Below are positions 59,181 to 64,000 of a stretch of 64,000 bases of DNA, one piece after another. The stretch lies in contig JAPEUG010000047.1 in assembly GCA_026025795.1 (NCBI GenBank), forward strand, positions 1 through 64,000. Reading direction: 5' to 3'. The notes under the pieces were generated by a model. It was not told the DNA's origin. It saw nothing but the letters and a program-made list of their open reading frames with translations, and ran no database searches. Position numbers and translations under genes: made by a program. Source of the DNA: Thelocarpon superellum. Taxonomy: Eukaryota. The number at the start of each line of letters is the position of its first letter. The stretch's first letter is position 1.

Positions 59181-59875
59181 ATTAAGGAACACTTAGAGAA
59201 GAGACAAGAGGTGGCTGATGGGCGGGAAGATGGGGTGGAAAGATGGAGCGATCATGTCGGTCGGGTTCATGGGTGGTCTCTTCGTTGGTCAAAAGCCTCG
59301 GGACACGGAAGCGCTAAAAGCTCCCGACATGCGTATCTGCAGGGATCACTTCCCCACCACGGGCACGACTACCGACATCCCGCCACGCTGTGCACTACCG
59401 CCACCAGCGCGTTCGCAGCCTTCGGAGCTGCCGTGCACTCGTGCACCACCGTGGTTCCATGCGAGCTCCAAGCATGCGACGGGGTGCCTAGCAGCATCGA
59501 AAAGTGTGCAAAGCAGCCATGCGTGAAAAAGCAAAGCAGGTAAATCTTGAATACGCACATACAGTGCATCTGCAAGTGCCTGAACACTTCGCGAGTCGTA
59601 AAGAGGTCGATCCACGGGGACCGCGCTCATTGCCATTCCCACTGAGAAAGGGTAGCTCGACAAGCTTCTAAGGTAACGGCACAGAACTTCACCACTGACT
59701 CTCCAAGCGAGATGTTCTGGCGGATAGACCAAGCGAGGAAAGGGGAATGTTAGACCAGTCTTCCCACTGGATTGGTTTGTTGTGACCTGGACGTGAGCTG
59801 TCGATCATCGTCGTAATTGCTCAGCTCAGCCTTCGCTCGAGCTTCCCTCTCCTGTCCACGACAGCCAATGCCACG

Positions 59876-61875
59876 ATGGACGTCGACCGCTCATCATTTC
59901 ACCTGTTGCTTCCCTCGCTCTTGGACGTCATACATCGAGCCCATTTTGTTGCCATTGACTTTGAGTTTTCTGGCATCCACCAACAGCCTCAGAGAGCCCA
60001 CCGAGCCCGCTCCGGCGGCCGGAGACGACAGACGCTTCAGCAACGCTACAGTGAGACCAAAGCGGCGGCCGAAAAGTACCAGATCCTGCAGGTTGGCTTG
60101 ACCTGCGTCGAACAGGACACCGCGAATGGTGACCGCCGCATGATACGACTCGTCCCCGACTCTTTGCTCATGTTGGCCAGATCGTTACATCACTAGGCCC
60201 TACAACTTCGACCTGAGCCCCCTCATCTCTGAGAAGCTTGACCTCGATCGGGACTTTTCTTTTCAAAGTGGAGGTAGGCGAGGCCGTGGCACCTGCGTCA
60301 CTCTATCATAGAGACTGATACGTACCAGCCGTGGAGTTCTTGCTGGCTCATGGCTTTCATCTCGAGGCTCCGTTCCTGACCGGGGTGCCGTACCTGTCCC
60401 GATCGGAAGAATGCCAGGTGCGGCAACAAACCAGCGGACCACGAGGCCAAAGTGGAATCGCAGACATTGTCCTAAAGGACCACGACCTTGACTCGCGCGA
60501 GTTCATGCGCCGGGTGCGAGGGGAAATCACGGCGTGGCTTGACATCACTACAGTAGGGGTTCGACATGACGACTCCATTCGATGATGTTGCTGATCAAAT
60601 TAGCCCTCTCAATCAGAGGAAGCCTATCTCAACATCGCGCCGCTTGGGATTGGCGGAGAGCATGAAAACCATCTCAACCTGAATAATTTCCAAAAGCGAT
60701 TGGTCCATCAGCTCGTCCGCGCCGAGTTTCCCGATCTCGTCACGGTCAGTCGGCCGGGCTTCATCCAGGTGTTGATGTATGACAAGAAACGGGAAGACGC
60801 AGTCGCTCTCAGCCGAAAGCGGCGCGTCGATGAGCAACTTTCGCGACAGATTGGCTTTCGCTGGGTGCTCGAGGCCATGTCCGGAGGTGATCTGTCGGGC
60901 ATCGACGCTGCCGGCTTTGCTAGAGACCCCCACGGCGAACCCATTTTCGTGGATCTAGACGCCATCAAGAGCCACTTCGATGGATTGCGCGGACAACTTC
61001 GGCGTCACCGATCCGTGCTCGTAGGGCACAACCTCTTTACGGATGTCGTATACCTGTACCAGGCCTTCTTTGGCGCCTTGCCCGACACCGTGGAGGACTT
61101 CCGGTATTGTTTGCATGACCTCTTCCCACTGTATGTAGACACAAGAATGACGAACCCTTCCCGCACCCAGGCTCACCCACCAGCTAGCATCATCGACACC
61201 AAGTATCTCGCCACGCACCAGACGATCGCCGCCAATCCCAAATCTTCCCTGCAGGAGATTGACGAGCAGCTGCGGTCTCAAGCCATCCCAACGATAGGTT
61301 GCTCATACTGCTCGCGACAGAGAGGTCCGCCTCGTGCTGACGGTGGTGCAGAGACTGCTCCCGATCACTCCAAGTACAATCTCCGTGAGGTGGCGCATGA
61401 GGCGGGATACGACAGCCTCTTGACGGCACAGGTGCTGATCAAGCTCTCGACAAAACTCCACGCGGCCAATCGGCCCGCCACTGAAATGGAGGCTGCAGCA
61501 CTGGAATCGGACAAGGATGACTCGGAACGTGCATCTCAGGACGGAGGAGTCCGACTGGAGCCGCCGAAAGCTAAACCTCCTCGAAAGAAGGGCATCCTCG
61601 CTCAACACAGTGGAAATGAACCAGTCACTAGCGGCTCTAGGTTCGCGGCCCTGTTGGATCTGTCCTCGGAGTCAGAGTGGGACCCATCCTCAACAGCCCA
61701 GGGACCAGTCAAGTCCCACCAGCCCAGGGGAACGCCGCGTAGGAGTGCACACGGTGCGCGATTAGATCCAAGTCACACGATGCCGCCATTCCAGGGCGAG
61801 TTTTGGAAGGTTTATGGCAACAAGCTCCGTGTCTTCGGGACGGAAGAAGAAGTCTTTGATTTGGACTCGTCATGA
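59876..61875 (+). CDS. CAF1-family DEDD ribonuclease (PARN-like deadenylase); introns 60129-60180, 60274-60328, 60553-60603, 61131-61187, 61298-61351
   Basis: FVAIDFEFSGI (Exo I), YQILQVGL, R3H-like FQKRLVHQLVR, VGHNLFTD (Exo II), IDTKYL and HEAGYDS (Exo III). Confidence 0.88.
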
Positions 61876-62211
61876 CTTCTGACCATGACGCCAAGAGAGA
61901 CTGGGAGCGTCGAAGGCGCGTGAAAGTACGAAGTAAGGACGAAGTACAATAGCGAGATCCACCCTAAACAATACAACAACGTACGCACGTAGTCCCTCCC
62001 CACCGTAAATGTATGCAAATTACGAAATGATGTTAGTGGTTTGCACGAGTACTCCATGCCTGCCTAGAGACCACGTAAAGAGTATGAAGTAGAGGGGAGC
62101 GACTGGTGGGGAGCAAGCAGGTGGGTTGACCAGCTTCGGCATCGTCAACATCGTCATCAACATTGCCATCAACTCTCGCTCGGCGATATCCCGTCCAGGC
62201 CCCATCATGCA

Positions 62212-63922
62212 ATGCGACGTGTTGTGGTCACCGGGCTCGGAGCCGTGACGCCATTGGCAGTCGGTACGACGCAAGGTTTCGTCCCGTACGAGCAGCATGG
62301 CTGATGATGGGATCTAGGTGCTCGCCGCTCATGGGCGCGCTTGATCGACGGGGCGTGTGGTGTCGTGTCCGTGAGGCATCGGAACCCGCACTTCGCCGCC
62401 GTTCCCAGTCAGGTTGCGGCCGTCGTACCTGCTGGCTCCAAGGCTGATGGAGGATGGAGGACACAAGATTGGCTAACCTCCGGGGTGAGCATCAATGGCT
62501 GGGGCGCGAACCATCGTGGAGATGACCGGAACTGAACCTTCTCCGCAGGACGAGCGAAGAATGGCAACATTCACGCAGTATGCCATGGCCGCGTCACAAC
62601 AGGCGCTGGAAGATGCAGGCTGGACGCCCAAATCCTTGCACGATCAAGAGGTCACGGTGAGAAGCTTTTGCTCTGGCCGTGGTGTCCATCAATCGCTGAT
62701 GCGATGCAGGGAGTGTGTCTTGGCTCGGGCATTGGCAGCCTCGACGACGCCTATGATACATCAGTAGCCTTTGCAGCCGGAGTCAGTGGCATGGGAATAG
62801 AAAAGTTCTGGTCTAGTCTGATTGGCCATTTTTAGGGATACAAAAAGGTGTCGCCATTGTTCGTCCCCCGGCTGCTGATCAACCTTGCCGCTGGGCACAT
62901 CTCGATGAGATATGGGCTCAAGGTGAGACCGTCCCTGATTCCTCGAGCCTTCGTGACCCACTGACATGGAGGAAGGGCCCTAACCACGCCGTGACCACCG
63001 CTTGCACTACTGGTGCTCATGCCATTGGAGATGCTGCGCGGTTCATTGCATGTGGAGACGCGGACGTCATGGTCGCTGGCGGCGCGGAAGCGTGCGTCCA
63101 TCCTCTGGCCATGGCGGGCTTTGCGAGGCTCAAGAGCCTTGCAACCGCCTTCAACGATGCACCCCATCAGGCTTCTCGGCCGTTCGACCGACGTCGACAG
63201 GGCTTCGTCATCGGCGAAGGGGCAGGCACGCTCGTCCTGGAGGTGAGCTCCTGCGTCCTCCGTTCCATCTACGATGAGGTTTGACGCAGATGCGCGATAA
63301 GGAGCTGGAACATGCCAAGGCTCGAGGGGCCCGCATCTACTGTGAGATGAAAGGCTATGGCACCTCGGCCGACGCTTTCCATATGACCGCGCCCGACGAG
63401 GACGGCAACGGCGCCTTCTTGTCCATGAAGCGGGCGCTAAAGCAAGCCGCCCTTCCACCGTCCGCCGTGGACTACGTGAATGCGCATGCGACCTCGACCA
63501 AATTGGGCGACGCGGCCGAGAATCGTGCCATCCAGCGTCTCCTCCTTGGAGAGGAAGGGAAACGGGCTGGCTCGGAGATCAACATCAGTAGCACCAAAGG
63601 CGCCACGGGGCATCTTCTTGGAGCTGCGGGTGCCGTTGAAGCCATCTTCACCGTTTTGGCTCTGCACGAGGTAAGCTCACATCATGCACATCCGCGCAGC
63701 TCGAGCGCTTAGAAATGTGTCTGATGATTGCTCGTGCTATCCGAGCAGCACACCCTCCCTCCGACCTTGAATCTCGATCACTTTGATGAGCCAACGGAGC
63801 ATTTCACTTGCAACTATGTACGCTATCGTCCACAACATCACCCCGTCGACGTTGCTCTCTCGAACAGTTTCGGATTTGGCGGTACAAACGCCAGCCTTTG
63901 CTTCACCAGACTCAGACAGTGA
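62212..63922 (+). CDS. CEM1: Mitochondrial beta-ketoacyl-ACP synthase (KAS II type); introns 62264-62317, 62485-62548, 62657-62709, 62782-62835, 62923-62975, 63243-63301, 63671-63748
   Basis: [10 protein letters not shown], catalytic [30 protein letters not shown] and [13 protein letters not shown]. Confidence 0.93.
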
Positions 63923-64000
63923 TCTCTGCCAGAGGAGGGTTCATTCGGTGTCCCCACAAGGCGACGAGGGTCTCCAGAATCATGCACTGCCGCTTTCGAT

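Noticed and set aside
61873..61923. Stop-codon readthrough to cryptic peroxisomal signals (checked for the PARN-like gene, GT69, AsnRS, the oxidoreductase and MRPL17)
   Set aside because: No TGA-CTA context; the extensions traced to their next stop end without an SKL-like tripeptide (the MRPL17 extension was read only partway).
51504..63922. Oxidoreductase + epoxide hydrolase + ketosynthase as a possible biosynthetic gene cluster
   Set aside because: The ketosynthase is the stand-alone mitochondrial Cem1 type, and the genes are interspersed with splicing and peroxin housekeeping genes; there is no PKS/NRPS, transporter or cluster regulator.

Overview
Gene-dense, GC-rich eukaryotic DNA from a filamentous ascomycete (Pezizomycotina-like: short ~50-70 nt GT-AG introns with CTRAC-type branch points and recognisable fungal orthologues). 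I hand-built 26 protein-coding gene models, almost all core housekeeping genes: Asn-tRNA synthetase, DNA ligase I, SAICAR synthetase, Nrd1/Mrn1-like RRM protein, GPI-anchored fasciclin, GT69 mannosyltransferase, an uncharacterised tandem-RRM protein, Iwr1, a Gly/Ser/Tyr-repeat CsbD-like protein, Cwc15, Rrp45, a hypothetical protein, Sec7-PH ARF-GEF, Ecm14, Drs2 flippase, CRIPT, mitochondrial mL46, a RING-PHD protein, Rpl43, a saccharopine-dehydrogenase-like oxidoreductase, epoxide hydrolase, pinin, Rds3/Ini1, Pex26, a CAF1/PARN-family nuclease and Cem1. I found no tRNA, rRNA, CRISPR array, transposon or secondary-metabolite cluster, and cannot support a new multi-gene system. The most interesting signals are at the gene-structure level. 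(1) The DNA ligase I 5' end has two splice donors 30 nt apart, each of which rebuilds a complete PCNA-binding PIP box, plus an upstream mitochondrial-presequence-like extension with no in-frame AUG. (2) A putative spliced uORF ends in a stop that overlaps the Nrd1 start codon (ATGA). (3) There is an orphan Nrd1-like tandem-RRM gene and a prion-like [G/S]Y[G/S]-repeat protein. (4) Iwr1 has a GC-AG intron, and there are stop-free in-frame introns in the PARN-like gene. All exon boundaries were read by eye, and product calls come from recalled family motifs, not database searches.
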